From: Blepharisma stoltei ATCC 30299
Lineage: Eukaryota > Protista > Ciliophora
DNA length: 64,000 nt
NCBI GenBank assembly: GCA_965603825.1
Contig: CBFDEM010000004.1
Location: 62,001 to 126,000 of the forward strand
Direction: 5' to 3'
Shown piece by piece: positions 24,030 to 38,806 of the stretch. Below the pieces are notes generated by a model that saw only the letters and a list, made by a program, of their open reading frames with translations, made no database searches and had not been told where the DNA came from. Each line of letters starts with the position of its first letter. Within the stretch, counting starts at the first letter, position 1. The position numbers were made by a program, and so were the translations under genes.

Positions 24030-27000
24030 TTAATGCGGCATGATCCTCATTACTGAATTTATTTTTTGTAAATATTTCTTTTCTCTTTTAAAAAACCTCA
24101 AATACAGCCCAAGATACATGAAAATTGAAATTATGATAAAGACGACCAGAACAATAAAAATAATATTCATCTGGTCATCAATTTTGCTTTGTGAATATTT
24201 ATCAATCTCATCAGTAAGAACATCAAAACTATCAGACGATTTTCCTAAAGTTATTAATCAATTCAGCCACAATTGAAAACCCGGGTAAGAATAAACGATA
24301 AAATACGAATCAAATTCTAAAATATTTTGGCCTGTATTTTTTCCATAAATAAAAACATCAGACAAAGCTACATTGCCATTTTCAAAATATTCATTTTTAA
24401 AATCATCTGATAAAATAGAAGAATATTTAGGCTGCCTTAAATGAGTTTTAAAAAGGCTGATTTTTGTTATGGTCTCTTGTCACACACTTTCACTATTGCT
24501 AAAAGGAATAATATTAACTAAAGCATTTGAGGCTAATAGCATATTATCTGAAAAAGCTTTAATCGTTCATACCCCTAAGCCAGTGTATACGATTTGCCCA
24601 TTTATTAGATCTCTTATTATTTCAGGTCTTTTAGATAAATAATCTGTGCATTTTTCGTAGAAATAAGTTATGTTTATGATAGAAAACGTAGAAACTAGTA
24701 AAAAATATAATGAAATTCTTCAGAGATATTTTCAATAAATATTGAATTTGTATTTTTTCTTTGTAGGACGAGCGTTATCAAGCATAATTTCAGGCTCGTA
24801 ATGGACTGTTGTAAGCCTTTCAATACTCAGCTGTGTGAGCTCAAAATAGCAGTTAAAAGTTTTGTCTCTTATATTGTTCCACAGGTTATTTTCAATTTTA
24901 ATTGTAGAATAGCAGAAAGGAATCATGCAGCAAACACATATAGCAAGCACAGCAACCCCCAAAATCAAAAAAATCAGCATTTTTGTCTTAAAATCGTCCA
25001 TGATATCCTTTTGGCATGATATAATATCATACATCGACTGATTGCTAAATTGAAAAGCTTCCCCAAAACCATTTAACTCCACAAATGACACTTCTTTAGA
25101 TATATCTTCTGAGCTGTTTAATTTTTGTAAAATTGCGTTTCCCTACATAAAATTTACATATCGAATAAACTGAGAAATCGCATTTAATAAATTTGATTTT
25201 TTCTTATAAGGCTCCCCTTCAATTTCCCATATAGAAATATGCTCATCAGTAAAAGTGCTAAGTCCTGAGCAATAGTCCCATTTATCTAATTCTTGTGTAA
25301 TATTTAAATAAAGACTTTCCACAGACATTACTTTACCAGCCAAGCCAGGGGTCATTATTTTGACAATTTGGGCTGCAAAAGGAGTCCCACTAGACGCAAC
25401 AAGGAAAATTGTGTGTGCAATAAACCCAGTAGCTTGTAAAAGTTTTGCTGTTTTTCCGACAGCTACAGGGAGATCCATATTGCTTACATAGTCTACATTA
25501 TAAATAGCATAAAATAAAACTCCTATATTTGTAGCAATAACAGATAAAATCTATATAAAGGTTACTGAAATAATAAAAGCTATATGCAAAATATTTATCG
25601 ACCTTGACGAGATTCCTATCATTTTAAAAAATCTGTATTTTGGGGAGCCTTGAGAAATTATTGATTTTTCGTCTTCTATTTTTTCTGATAAAAAGTTCTC
25701 GATGGCGTCTAAAGAATTATGAGAAATCGAGTCTTTGTGGGGGTCTAAGTTTGTTTCAGTGTCATAAATATTGTGATCTGCGATGTTTATCTCTTCATCT
25801 TCGAATGCTTTAAATAAGCTTATTTCCATTTCATTGCTTTTTGATAGGTCTTCTTCATGGCTACTGTGATGAATAAAGCCTTTTCATTTTAAAATTTCTT
25901 TAGGATCATTTATTAATAACAAGTAATAGATTTTAAACACGTGATAATCTTTATATGCTTGGACTACATACGCTCCTTTCTGAAAAGCTGGCACTGGATA
26001 AGGGACAAAATCCTGTAAATCTATGCTTTCTAGGTCAGAGAAAAGATTTTTAATAAAAAGTCCTTGCAAATCGTAACAAGTTCTGCAGGGTTTAAAGAAA
26101 TTTATGCTGTGGCAAAAAATTTCCCCATTTTCCATTATTAAAGCAATTTCGTGATTTGCAAGAATAGGCTTGAATGTCATAGACGTGACCAGGAAATTAT
26201 TAATTGAAGTAAGGTAGCATATTGCTGTGCATTCTGTTAAAATATTTGCAGGAGATATCAAAAATAGCCCTTCAGTAAGGTCTATTTCTGAGCTTGAGCC
26301 AAAATTACTCACATAATTGGCATTTTCTTTAATTTTTGTATGGTAAATTGAAGGTAGAAAATTAAGTAGGTTATTGCCAATAATAGAATGAAGAGGACAT
26401 TGTACGACTTCCCCAAATTTTTTATTTGCAAAAAATATTTCACCGAAATCGTCTTCTTCAGCTGAAGAAATCAAAATGCCATTAACTCCACTAAAATAGC
26501 TGAAATTAGAATAATCATAAGCTGCATTCCCAGCAATTTTATCAAAAGACCTTAATTTAGCTTCAAGAAGAACTGATTTTTCCATATCAAAATAAATGTT
26601 TTTTAAATATGTTGCATAAAGAGCTATAGACTCTCGTGATTTAAAAAATTTTGTAGTAAGCTGATGATAAGCTGTGTTTAAATAGGAAATCTCATGATGG
26701 ATATAGCCTAAGCCTTGGATTATTTTAGGGAGATCTGGCGTTAATGAAGTAATTTCTTCCCAAAAAGTCAATAAATTTCAGCATAGCGTTTTGTCTTCTT
26801 TTTTTATCCAATTTAAATGCTGCAAATAATTGATAAATTGTTCACATTCTGATTTATTTATTTCTAATATATTTTTATTGCATAAATATTCTTGATATTT
26901 CCCTTCAAGACTCCAGTCTGAAACTTTTTTGACTTGGCTTAACTTAATTTTAGCCAAAGATTCATCTTTTAGTGCAAAAATACAATAATTTGCAATCCAA

Positions 27001-28208
27001 ATAGCTTGAAGTCTAGATCGGAGGGTATAATTTTTTATAAAAAAAGATTGGAATATTTGAATAATTTGATCTTTGTGCTCATTATCACTTGAACATAATA
27101 CAAATCTCAGTGATTTTTCTAAGTCATATTCAGAATTAATTTCTGAAAGATTGGTAGGAATTTCTGGCTTAATTTTTGAATAAAATTTCCGTGTTAAAAA
27201 AATAGTAATTTTGATTGATGAAAGTCCTAAAATTATTGCTAAAAAAGAAATAACTAAGGAGTTATCAAGGGCGTATCCAAAAATAAAAGAAAATGATACT
27301 AAAGCTATAAATGAAAGCCGAAGAAGCTGAACGCAGTTGCAATAAATTGAAAAATAAGGTAAAAGGATCAATGTTTCTATGGATAAAAGTATTGAAATAG
27401 TTAATATAGAAAGCTGAAAATAAATGATATAATCTTCAGCAAGTATCGCATAGAAAATAGGCAAAAACCATGTAAAAAGGGCAATTTGAATATTTATTTT
27501 TGAATGCGCCCTTGCATTTATTACTTTTTTACTAATAGAGTGCCTAATCTCTCCTGAAAAGTTAGCATAACATAAAAGCAAAGGAAATGATAATATCATT
27601 GCAAAAATTATCGCAACCTCCCAATAGATATTTATTTCAAAATTTGCAAATTCGTTATGAGTTCTATATTCCCATATATGATCTTTTGGTAAAAAATTAT
27701 ACTTGAGAAATATGGAAAATAAAGTCATTGAAGGCACCATAAAAAAGATAGCCCATACATCAAAAATCCTCTTAAAAATAAGTAAAAATAGCTTCTGTAT
27801 GCTATAGGAATGATAAGTTATATAAACTAAAAGAAATACACCTAAAAACATAAAAAACACCGATAAAATAGAAAAATATAGACATTCGCTTATGACACCG
27901 AATGCTGAACATGAATAATCAAGTTTTAAGTATCCAATTATCTTCCATATTAGCATATTTTCGCTTCAATTTTCGATTTCTAGATTCGGGATTCACAGTA
28001 AAGTGACTATTTGTGAAGTTCAAATTAAAGCCTCGAGCGCTTCTTTTACCTTTAATTTGAAATCGGATTTTTCTCCAAAGGTTTTTCGAAAGTAAAGTTC
28101 GCTATAAAAGTCGAAAACAGAATTCACTATCGACTTTTCATCTGCTGCCTTCCACAGTTTTTTGCGATAGAGGGAGGATTCTTCGTGAACTACTTCAAGC
28201 TCAAGCAT
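24030..28208 (-). CDS. Copy E: TmcB/TmcC-like PAS membrane protein (~1382 aa)
   Basis: ATG 28208, TAA 24030 (MRIMPH*). Introns 25551-25565 (GTAACCTTTATATAG) and 25143-25157 (GTAAATTTTATGTAG). ORF pieces are separated only by TGA or introns. Confidence 0.9.
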
Positions 28209-29152
28209 AAATGGACAATATTAGCAAACTTTTTTTGTAGTTATAATATAAATATATAGCTAAGCCTATAACTTAATAGCTTCTTAATATTTTTAATAGC
28301 CTGATAATTAAAACTTTATGACCTGACTTATTCTTATGGCTTTGTCGGATTTAAAAATTATTTAAAAATTCTTTACTGACTTATTTTAATAGTTAATAAA
28401 AAACATTTATTATATTAAATTTCCAGAGGAAACAAAATTATTAAAGGGAAATAAAAAAATTTTGAAACTGATGGAAAATCGCTTGAGTTTTAGTTTAAAT
28501 TTTATCTATATAATGAGATTAAAAGGTATGAAATAAAAATGACTTAAAAATGAGAAAAATTTGTCGTAAGAACTATCTAATTAAAATTAAACTGAAAATT
28601 GCTAATAGTTTGATTAATTTTAATTATATAAATAAAAAAAGACAAATACTTATAAGATAAAAAAAATTTTAAGGTATAATTGAGAAAATTTAGCTCATTT
28701 GCATCATGACGATTTTGTTCTATCAGTTATAAGGTCTGATTAATTAATATTAGGCTGATTTTACTAAAATAATATAAATAGAATATAATATACGTATTAA
28801 ATCAATAAAACTAATTAATTTTCTTAATTTCAATCTCAAAAAAAGTTTTTAATATTATGCATTCATGCTTAATTATTGGGGTATCTCCAATAAAAAACTA
28901 TTGCCTAGGCTATGAAACAATTATGCAATTTTAATAAAAATGCTCTTACTTAAGCAATAATATCTAAATAGCATTAAATTAAAGGAGCCTAATATTTCTA
29001 TGCATAAAATTAGTTTTCCCAAAATGTCTTTATAGCAAGGATCTTAATGATAATAATAATAATCCCTCTTTATGCTTTTAATAAATTGCTATGCAATTTT
29101 TATTAAATTTGACTCAGAATTAAAATAATAAACTTCATATTTAAATGTCTAA

Positions 29153-29205
29153 TCAATATTATTCTCATCACCGAATCTATTTTTTGTAAATATTTCTTTT
29201 CTTTT
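29153..29205 (-). pseudogene. Micro-remnant of a family 3' end
   Basis: Reverse strand reads KEKKYLQKIDSVMRII, matching the family C-terminus (copy E: REKKYLQKINSVMRIM). Confidence 0.6.
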
Positions 29206-29632
29206 AACTTTAAAGCTCAAGCTTCAAAATTAAATTAGCATTTGCTAATTTAATTCAACTATTAGAATTGATTAATCTTTTTGCAATATCAATAAGCAGA
29301 TAAAAATTTTAATTTTTAAGAAAATTATGTTTTAAAAATTATATAACTTATATACAGCTTAATAAAAATTATTCAGAATTTAATAAAATGAACTTAAATA
29401 TTATAAGAATAGGGTTAAATATTATAGGTGCTGATAATATATTATTTGCTTTAAGTAAAATTCCATATTAAAGTTTTTATTTCGAAAAAAATTAAAAAAC
29501 TGAATATGCATCTAAGTTTGCGTGATAAAATTAGAACTATATTTCCAATGTTTAATTAATATTTTTATTTTTAATTTGTTAGCAATCTTATTTTCTTAAT
29601 CCATAATTTTAAAAAAATTATATATTCATTAA

Positions 29633-32600
29633 TTATTGTGGTATGATTTTCATTATTGAATTAATTTTTTGTAAATATTTTTTCTCCTTTCTAAAAAACG
29701 TAAAATATATTCCAAAATACATCGCAAATGAAGTTACGATAAAAACTACCAAAACGATGACAATTAAGTTCATCTCACTATTTATCAAATCTTGTGAATA
29801 ATTATCAATTTCATTAGTCAAATCATCGTATTTCTGTGATATCATTGAAGTTTCGATCACTCAATTAAGCCATACATCAATAGGCGGAGCTGAATAAACA
29901 ATGTAGTAAGCATCAAAAGTTAAAATATGTTGAGCAGGATAAACTCCAAATGCTAATTTTTCTGATGAGCTCTCATCATTTTCATAGAATTTATTAGTAA
30001 AATCTTTTGATAAAACTGGTGTGTAGCCATTATCCCTAAAGTGTATTGATAAATAATTTATTTTGGAGATTATTTCTTGCCATTCACTTTTTTGAAATGG
30101 AGAAAATCCACCTAAGACTGGGAATGAAAAGTTATCCATTAAGGCTCTAGTTGTCCAAGCCCCTAAGCTTGTAAACAAAATCTGCCCATGTATCAAATCT
30201 CTAATAATTTCAGGTCTTTTAAACAAATATTCAGCACATGTTTCATAGAGGTAAATAATATTTATTACAGAAAACACAGATACAGCAATAAAATATATAG
30301 AAATCCTCCAAAAATATTTTCAATAGCTGTTAAAATTGTAAGGCTTTTTTGAGGGATTTTTATTGTTAAGCTCAATTTCAGGGCCTCCATAAATACTTAC
30401 AAGCCGTTCAAAGCTTAATTGTCTAAGCTCGAAATAGCACTCATAAGTCCTATTTCTTACATTATTCCATAAGTTATTCTCGATTTTGACTGTAGAATAG
30501 CAAAATGGTACCATACAGCCAACACATATAAAAAATACCACAATTCCTAGTATCAAAAATGCGAGCATTTGAGACTCAAATTTGTTCATTGTGTTTTTTT
30601 GGCATGAAATAATATCATACATCGATTGGTTGCAGTATTTAAAGGCTTCTCCATATCCATTATATTCTAAAAACATCACTTCTTCAGTATAATCCTCAGA
30701 ATTTTTATATTTCTTCAAAAATTGTTTTCCCTATATAAAAAATACATTGTTGATAAACATAGAAATTGTGTTCATTAAATTGATTTTTTTCTTATAAATG
30801 CCATCATCAGTGTTCCACAAATTAATATTTTCATCGATAAAAATATCTTGGCCTAAACAATAGTTTCAGCTATTTAGGTTTGAAGTGATATCTAAATAAA
30901 GAAAGGCTAGTTCTTCTAAGGTAGAAGTGAAGCCTGTAGCTAGAGTTTCTAGAATATCTTTATAGCCTTGACTATTAGCAGAATATATTACATAAATATC
31001 TCCTGATAAGACACCAAGATACTGAAAGTAATTAGCTAAGTGGCCTAAAGTTATAGGAAGATCCATATTGCTTGCATTTTTTACGCTATAATTCGCATAA
31101 ATTAAAACTGCTATATTTGTAGCTATAACTGCTAAAATCTATATAAATCTTACTGATATAATAAAAGCGACATGCAAAATATTAATTGACCTTGACGATA
31201 TTTGTATCATTTTTAAAAATTTAGTTTGGGATGAGGATTCTGATCTTTGGGATCTTTCTTCATCAGTCCTTACTGACAGCTTGTGTTCTATAGCTCCTAA
31301 TGCATTGCTTAAAACCTGCTCATTTGACTGGATTAATTCGATTTCTGAGGCAAAATTTTTTTCATGGTGCTGGCTTTCGATGCTTCTTATTTCGTTTCCA
31401 ATTGAGGTAATATGCCTGGAGAGCCTTCGACTGCTTCTTATTATGTCATCTTCATGATTGCCATTTATAATTAAATTTTCGCCCTTTCATTTTGCAATTT
31501 CTGCATTATCATTTATTAATAGCGCGAAATGCATTTTGAACTTATTAAATTCAAAATGTGATAATACTAATATTGCTTCATTTACTGATGATAATATACG
31601 ATAAGGGGTAAAAGGATGTAAATCTAGCCCTTGCAAATTAGAAAATATTTTTTTAAGGGAAAATCCTCGCAAATCATTTGTGTATTTACTGCAAAGTCTG
31701 GGGAAATTTAGGGTGTGGCAATAAATTTCGCCGTCTTCAGATATTAAAGCTGCTTGATGATTTGCAGGTTTTAGCTTAAATACGAGAGTTGCTACAAGGA
31801 AATTGTTAATTGTGGTCATTTGGACCCTTCCTGCACATTCTAATAAGATTTTTGAAGGGGTCATTATGAAAAACCCTTCAGTTAAATCAACCTGTGAGCT
31901 CGAACCATACTCAGAAGTCCATTTCGCTTCTTCTTTAATTTTTTCATAATAGACTGAAGGGATAAAATTTGATATGTTGCTCCCTAGAATATTATGTAAA
32001 TAAATTTGTAAAATTTCTGAGGTTTTTTGATTTGCAAAAAGAATTTCGCCAAAATTAGTTTCCTCACATGAAATTATCAAAACTCCTGTTGCGCGACTAA
32101 AATAGCTGAAATTTGATAAATCATTGGCAACGTTAGTAATAATTCTGTCGAAATTTCTTATTTTGGCATCAAGCACATTTGATTTTTGTAAGTCAAAAAG
32201 AATATTTTTCGCATATGAGGAATAAAGAGATAAGGTTTCTCGGGATGCGGAAAATTTTGATGTAAGTTGGTGATAAGCTGTGCTGAGAAAGGACATTTCT
32301 GAATGTATAGAGTTTAGACCTTGAATGATTTTCTGAAGGTTTGGCTTTAATGAAGTTATTTCTTCCCAAAACCTTAATAAATTCATGCATAATTTTTTGT
32401 CTTCTTTTTTGACTTGATTTAAATGCTGAAGGTAATGTATAAATTTTTCACATTCAGATGTAGCGGCTTCTGATATGCTTTTTCTGGATAAATATTCTTG
32501 ATATTTCCCTTCAAGGTTTCAATCTGCTATATTTTTCGCGTTTTCTAGCTTAATATTAGCTAAAGATTCATCTTTTAATGTAAAAATGCAATAATTCGCT

Positions 32601-33811
32601 ATTCAAATAGCTTGAAGCTTGGATCTGAGCTTATAGTTTTCTTTATAAAATGACTGAAAAATACAGATAATTTGGTCTTTATTTTCAATATCATTTGAGC
32701 ATAATGCAGATCTAAGCGATTTTTCCAAGCTAAATTCGGAATGTATCCCTATAAAATTTTCAGGAATATTTGCATTTAATTTCAAATGCAATTTTTTGGA
32801 AAAAGAAATAATCAGTTTTACTGCTAAAATACCCAAAACTATCACTAAAAAGGAAATAATTAGTGAATTATCCAGGGCATATCCAAAAACAAAGGCAAAA
32901 GATGCCAAAACAACAAAGGCTAACCTTAGAATTTGCAGGGTATTACAAAAAAGAGAAAAGTATGGTAAAAGTATCATAAATTCAATCATTAAAAGCATTG
33001 AAATAATCATTGTAAAAACCTGATAAAAAACGATATAATCTTCAGCAAAAAGTGCCCAAAAAATCGGCAAAATTCAAGTAAAAATATAAATTTGTAGGTC
33101 TATTTTGGAGTGCGCCTTAGACTTTATTAATTTGCTACTTATTGAATGTCGAATTTCCCCTGAAAAACTTACATAAAATATAAGCTCAAAAAATGAGATT
33201 ATCATAGCAAAAATAATTGGAATTTGCCACAAAATATTAATTTCAAAATCCGAAGAGTCATTATTAGCTTTATATTCTGATACATGATTTTTGCGTGAAA
33301 AATTGTATTTGAGAAAAATGGTAAAAATAGACATAGAAGGGATCAGTAATAAGTTAACCCATAAATAGAAAATTTTTTTGAAAATAAATAGTAATCATTT
33401 TGGTAAACTATAAGAATGATAAGTAATATAAACTAAAAATACCATTCCGAAAAAAATCAGGTAAACTACCACAATTGAAAAAAATAAACATAAACTTATC
33501 ATCCCTAATTCTGAACAGGCTATATCAAGTTTTAAGTATCCAATTACTTCTCATATAATGTTATTTTCTTTCCAACTTTTTATTGGGAGATTTGGAATTC
33601 ATAATAAACTTACCATTTGTAAGCACCAAATTAAGCATTCAACTGCTTCTTTGACCTTTTGCCGAAGGATTAAATTTTCTCCAAAGACCTTTTGGAAATA
33701 AAGTTGCCTGAAAACTTCAAATGCTGAATTTACTATAGATTTTGAGGCAGTCTTCCACAGTTTTTTGCTGTACACTGAAGCTTTTTCATGAGCTACTTCA
33801 AGTTCAATCAT
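29633..33811 (-). CDS. Copy F: TmcB/TmcC-like PAS membrane protein (~1382 aa)
   Basis: ATG 33811, TAA 29633. Introns 31139-31153 (GTAAGATTTATATAG) and 30731-30745 (GTATTTTTTATATAG). Closest to copy E. Confidence 0.9.
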
Positions 33812-34148
33812 AAATGGACTGTATTAAAAGTATATATATATCAGAGCCAATATAAGAATTTATTATATAAGAATAGCTGGATTGTGTTGGTTTATAATTT
33901 TGATAATTATTTTTAAAATTTAACAATAGACAATTTTTATAACCAATTTTAAAATTATTTATTTAAAGAATTTCCATAGTTTGAAATACTGATTTTAATA
34001 ATAAATCAATTTATCAAGACTATTTAGAAATTCTTTTAAATAAGTCATGAGGAAACTGGCTATAAATTGATATAAAGGCTTTGATTAATAAACATAAATT
34101 AATTTAAAGCAATCTCAGAAGAATTATCTACCTAATAAATTTATATAT

Positions 34149-37100
34149 TTATCACGGAATAATTTTCATCATCGAATTGATCTTCTGCAAATATTCTTTT
34201 TCTTTTCTAAAAAATATAAAATATAAAGCAAAATATATGAAGATCGAGCTTGCTGCAAAAATAGAAAAAGCTGCTAAAATAATATTGACTTGGTCTTCAA
34301 TCACACTTTGGGAATAGCCATCAATCTCGTCAGCAAGCTCACCATAATTAATAGTCAATACTTCAATATTCAGTACCCAAAATAACCAGAAATCGACAAG
34401 CATATTTGAATAAGTGACCACATAGCTGTCGAATTTTATGATATCTTCAGCTGCATATGCCCCAAGATTAAAATAATATCAGCCTGATTTATTTTCACGT
34501 TTAAAGAAGCGTGTTATAAATTTTTCTGATAAAATAGGAAAATATTTGGGATCTCTTAAAACCAATTTTGAGCGCTCGAGTTTTACAACATCATTTTGGA
34601 ATGAAGATCCACTGTTCATTAAAGGATATTCATTTGGAAGATTATTTGTTAATGGAATTCCTCAATGTTCCAATTGAGAATTTGTTGCTCATATTGCCAA
34701 AGCATTTTGCAAAATTTGCCCGCGTATGATTTCTTTCATTATTTCTGGCCTATAAGATAAATAATCAGTACATTTTTCGTAAAGATAGGTGATATTTATG
34801 ATAGAAAACATTGTGACAACAATAAAATACACAAAAATTCTTCAGATGTATTTCCAATAATTTTTAAAATTAAATCGTTTTTTTGATGGATTTCCGACAA
34901 TAAGCATTATTTCAGGCTGAGAGTGAATGCATTTTAATCTCTCAACTAAGGACTGCTTTAACTCAAAATAGTGCTCATATACTTTTTTTCTTAAATTATT
35001 TCAAAGATCGCTTTCGATTTTCACAGTAGAATACCAAAATGGTATCATTGCACAAGCACATAAAGCAAGCACACCAATCCCCAGTATAAGAAGAATAAAC
35101 ATTTCTGATTTAAAATCAGACATAATTACTTTTTGGCAATCCATAACTTCATATAAAGAACTATTGCAGTACTCAAATGCTTCTCCATATCCATTTGCCA
35201 CCAAAAATGAGGCTTCTGCATTATAATCTTCTGAGTTATTATATTTTCTGACAAGCTCGTTTCCCTGAATATCCCTTACTGTTTGAACAAATTCTGATAT
35301 CATATCCAATAAATTTATTTTTTTCTTATGAGAATTCCATAATTTTATGTTTTCATCCATAAAAATTTCTTTTCCTGAGCAATAATTTCACTCATCTAAA
35401 TGAGAAGTAATATTCAAATACAAGCCTTTTAATTCAGTCATAAAAGTAATGATTTTACTTCATGTCACTTTTAATGCCTGCTGAGTATCAGAGCTTGCTC
35501 CTGGGGTAAGCGCCCAAAGCAAATGTGAGGCACAAGCAACATTTTGCATTTTTTTGCCTAATTTTCCAAGAGTTAAAGGGAGATCCATGTTTCTAATAAA
35601 TTTAATATTGGTGAAGGCGTAAAATAGCACTGCAATATTTGTGCCTAAAACTGCTATGATCTATATAAAAAATACTGCAAAAATAATGGCAACATGTAAA
35701 ATATTCATTGATCTTGCTGAGGTAGTTATCTGCCTAAGGAATCTCCTTCGGTGAGTATTTTCAGAAACTTGGGATTTTTCTTCAGAATAAGCACGGTCAG
35801 TTACTTGAGGGGATTCAACAGAGCTTGCCTGATTTAAATTCATTTCAGAATTAGCATAAATTTCTTCAATTTCTGTATACGCTTTTTTCAATATTTTACT
35901 ATTTCCTTCCGTACTTTGGTCTTTTAATGACAACTGGCTTGTCAAAATAAATTTTTCTTCTTCATTTTCCAATGGCAAATTTTTATTTTTTCACCTTTGA
36001 ATTTCATCATAATCATTTGTTAACACAGCGTAAAAGACTTTCATTTTATTTACTTGATAATAATTTAAAACCAAAATAGTTTCGGCTTCAAATCCTGATA
36101 GTCTATAAGGGACAAATCATTGCCAGCCAAATTCTGCTATTTCAGGAAATAAATTTTTGATATTTAATCCAGCCAAATTACTGTTATGATTTTTTAAAAA
36201 TTTCGGAAAATTTTCTGAGCAGCTGCAAATTTCTCCAGACTCAGAAATTGATGCGACTTGGTGTTTAGCCATTTTAGGCTTGAAAAGTAATATAGAAACC
36301 AGATGATTTTCGTGGGAGGTTATTAAAATTTTTCCAGAGCATTCTATTATAAAATGTGAGGGGAGGTTTAAAAAAAATCCTTCAGTTAGATCTATTTCTG
36401 AGCTTGAGGAAAAATGGATAATTCTGCGGATTTCTTCATTTAGTTTTTCACAATAATAAGGAGAAATGAAATTTGTTATATTGGAACCATCAATGCTATA
36501 TGAAGAAGAACGCATTATTTCACTGGCTTTTGGGTTTGAAAAAAGAATTTCACCAAAGTTTTCTTCTTCACAGGAAACTATGAAGATCCCATTAATGTCA
36601 TTAAAAAATTCAAAATTTCGGGAAAAAGAATTTATAGCAATTCTACCAAATGATCGCGATTTATTTTCTAGTAAATTTGATTTTTCCCAGTCAAAAAGAA
36701 TGTCCTTCGCATATGAAGCATAGAGATCTAAGGACTCTTTAGAGTTAAAAAATTTTGAGGTTAGCTGACTATATTTATTATTTAAAAATATCAGATTTTC
36801 TTGTAATCACATAAGATTTTTTGACAATTTTTTAATATCAGGGCTTTGTGAAATAACTTCTTCCCAAAATCTCAATAAATTTACACATAATTTTAAATCT
36901 TTCTTTTTTATCATATGTAGCTGCTGAAAATAATCAATAAACTGTGTGCTTTCGCTTCATAAGGATTCTTCAATCTTTTTATTGCACAAATATTCTTGAA
37001 AATCAGACCCTAAATTTCCTGAAATATTTTTTGCTTTGCTTAGCTTGATTTTTGATAGAGGCTCATCTTGCAATGTGAATAAGCAGTAGTTTGTTACCCA

Positions 37101-38309
37101 GAGGACTTGAAGCTTGTCACGATATAAGTATTTTTCTATGAAAAAAAGCTCGAAGAGGTAGATTATTTGGTCTTTATTTTCAGAGTCATTTCATAATAAA
37201 GAATGCCTAAGACATTTTTCTAATTTATATACAGAATTTATTCCAGATAAGCTAGCCGGTAGATTCGTTATAATTTTGCTTTGTAATTTTAAGATATATT
37301 GGTAAATGAACACAGATATCAATGGGCCTAAGATAATCGCTATTAAAATAACTAATAACGAATTATCCATTCAATTCCCTATAATAAATCCAAAAGATAC
37401 TACTGAAATAGCAAAAAATCGAAGAATCAGTGTCAAATTGCAATAGGCTGAAAAATATGGCAGAAATATTATAGTTTCTGCCATCATAATTATTGAGCTA
37501 ACCATCAAAAAGCATTGATAATAAATTATATAATCCTTTACGCTTAATACATAAAGAATTGGGGAAAAGTATGCGAAAATTGATATTTGGAAATCAATTT
37601 TCGAATGAGCCTTTGATTTCAGTATTTTTTTACTTACAGAATGCCTAATTTCACCTGAAAATTCAGTGTACAATAAAATCAAAGGAAAAGTAATAATTAT
37701 CGCAAAAATTATAGAAATTTCTAAAGCAAAATTAACCTCAAAGATCTTAGATTCATCATTGTTCGTGTACTCAGATATATTTTTTAAAGATGTAAAATTA
37801 TATTTCAAAACGACAGAATATAGCACCATAGAAGATATAAAAATCAAATTTACCCAGAACCTGAAAATCCACTTAAATAGGACAACGATAAATCTCGGTA
37901 TGCTCACCGAACGGTGAACCATAAAAACTAAAATCAATATACCTGAAAATATTATAAAATTAGCTACAATTGACAAGTATAAATATGCATCAATAATTCC
38001 TAGTTCCGAGCATATATTGTCAATTCTTAAATACCCAATAATTTCTCATAAAATCATATTATCGCTCCAATCTTTAATTGGGAGGTCTGGAAACCATAAT
38101 AAACTCATTATTTGAAAGCATCAGATTATATCTTCGATTGCTTTGCTAACTTTTTGTCTTAACATAGATATTTCTTCGTCTGCTTTATTGTGATAAAGCT
38201 GATTATAAAGTTCAAAAATCGACTGTTTGATTGTTTTTTGCTTTTTTCTTTTTCACAATCCTTTGCTGGAAGCAGATAATTGATCTATTTCAACTTCAAA
38301 GTCAAGCAT
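34149..38309 (-). CDS. Copy G: TmcB/TmcC-like PAS membrane protein (~1376 aa)
   Basis: ATG 38309 (MLDFEVEIDQ); ends CCG TGA TAA. Introns 35661-35675 (GTATTTTTTATATAG) and 35265-35279 (GTAAGGGATATTCAG). Confidence 0.88.
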
Positions 38310-38806
38310 AAATGGTTTTATAAGTGTTACTGGATAAGAAAATTTTAGCCTTAAATAGCGATTTTTGGACCTATTCAAAAATTTTAAGAAATTACTCTAT
38401 CTCCTTATTAAAATTAATCTAATTAGATAAACGATTACTTAAAGACGATAAAATACAAAAAAATAAAAAAATTGCATTTTTGGAAGTTTAAAAGTAAAAA
38501 TTTGGTAAATTTAAATTATTATATATAATTAAACAGACAAACGATAATTCCGCATATAAAAATGCTAGTAATTTATTGAATAAATTATTATCCTCAAACT
38601 TTGGCTGGTTTTTTAAATGACTTAGAAATAGATATATGAATAATGCCTTTTAAATTAATAAATAGAAATTTGTTTTAACAAACTAAAGAATATCACTTAA
38701 AACAAAAGAAGAGTATTGTTAAACTGCCGCTTCTTTTAATAATACAGCAGATTTTATATAAGAAATAAAAGTATTAATTTAATGATAAAATAAAAATTTA
38801 ATCCAT

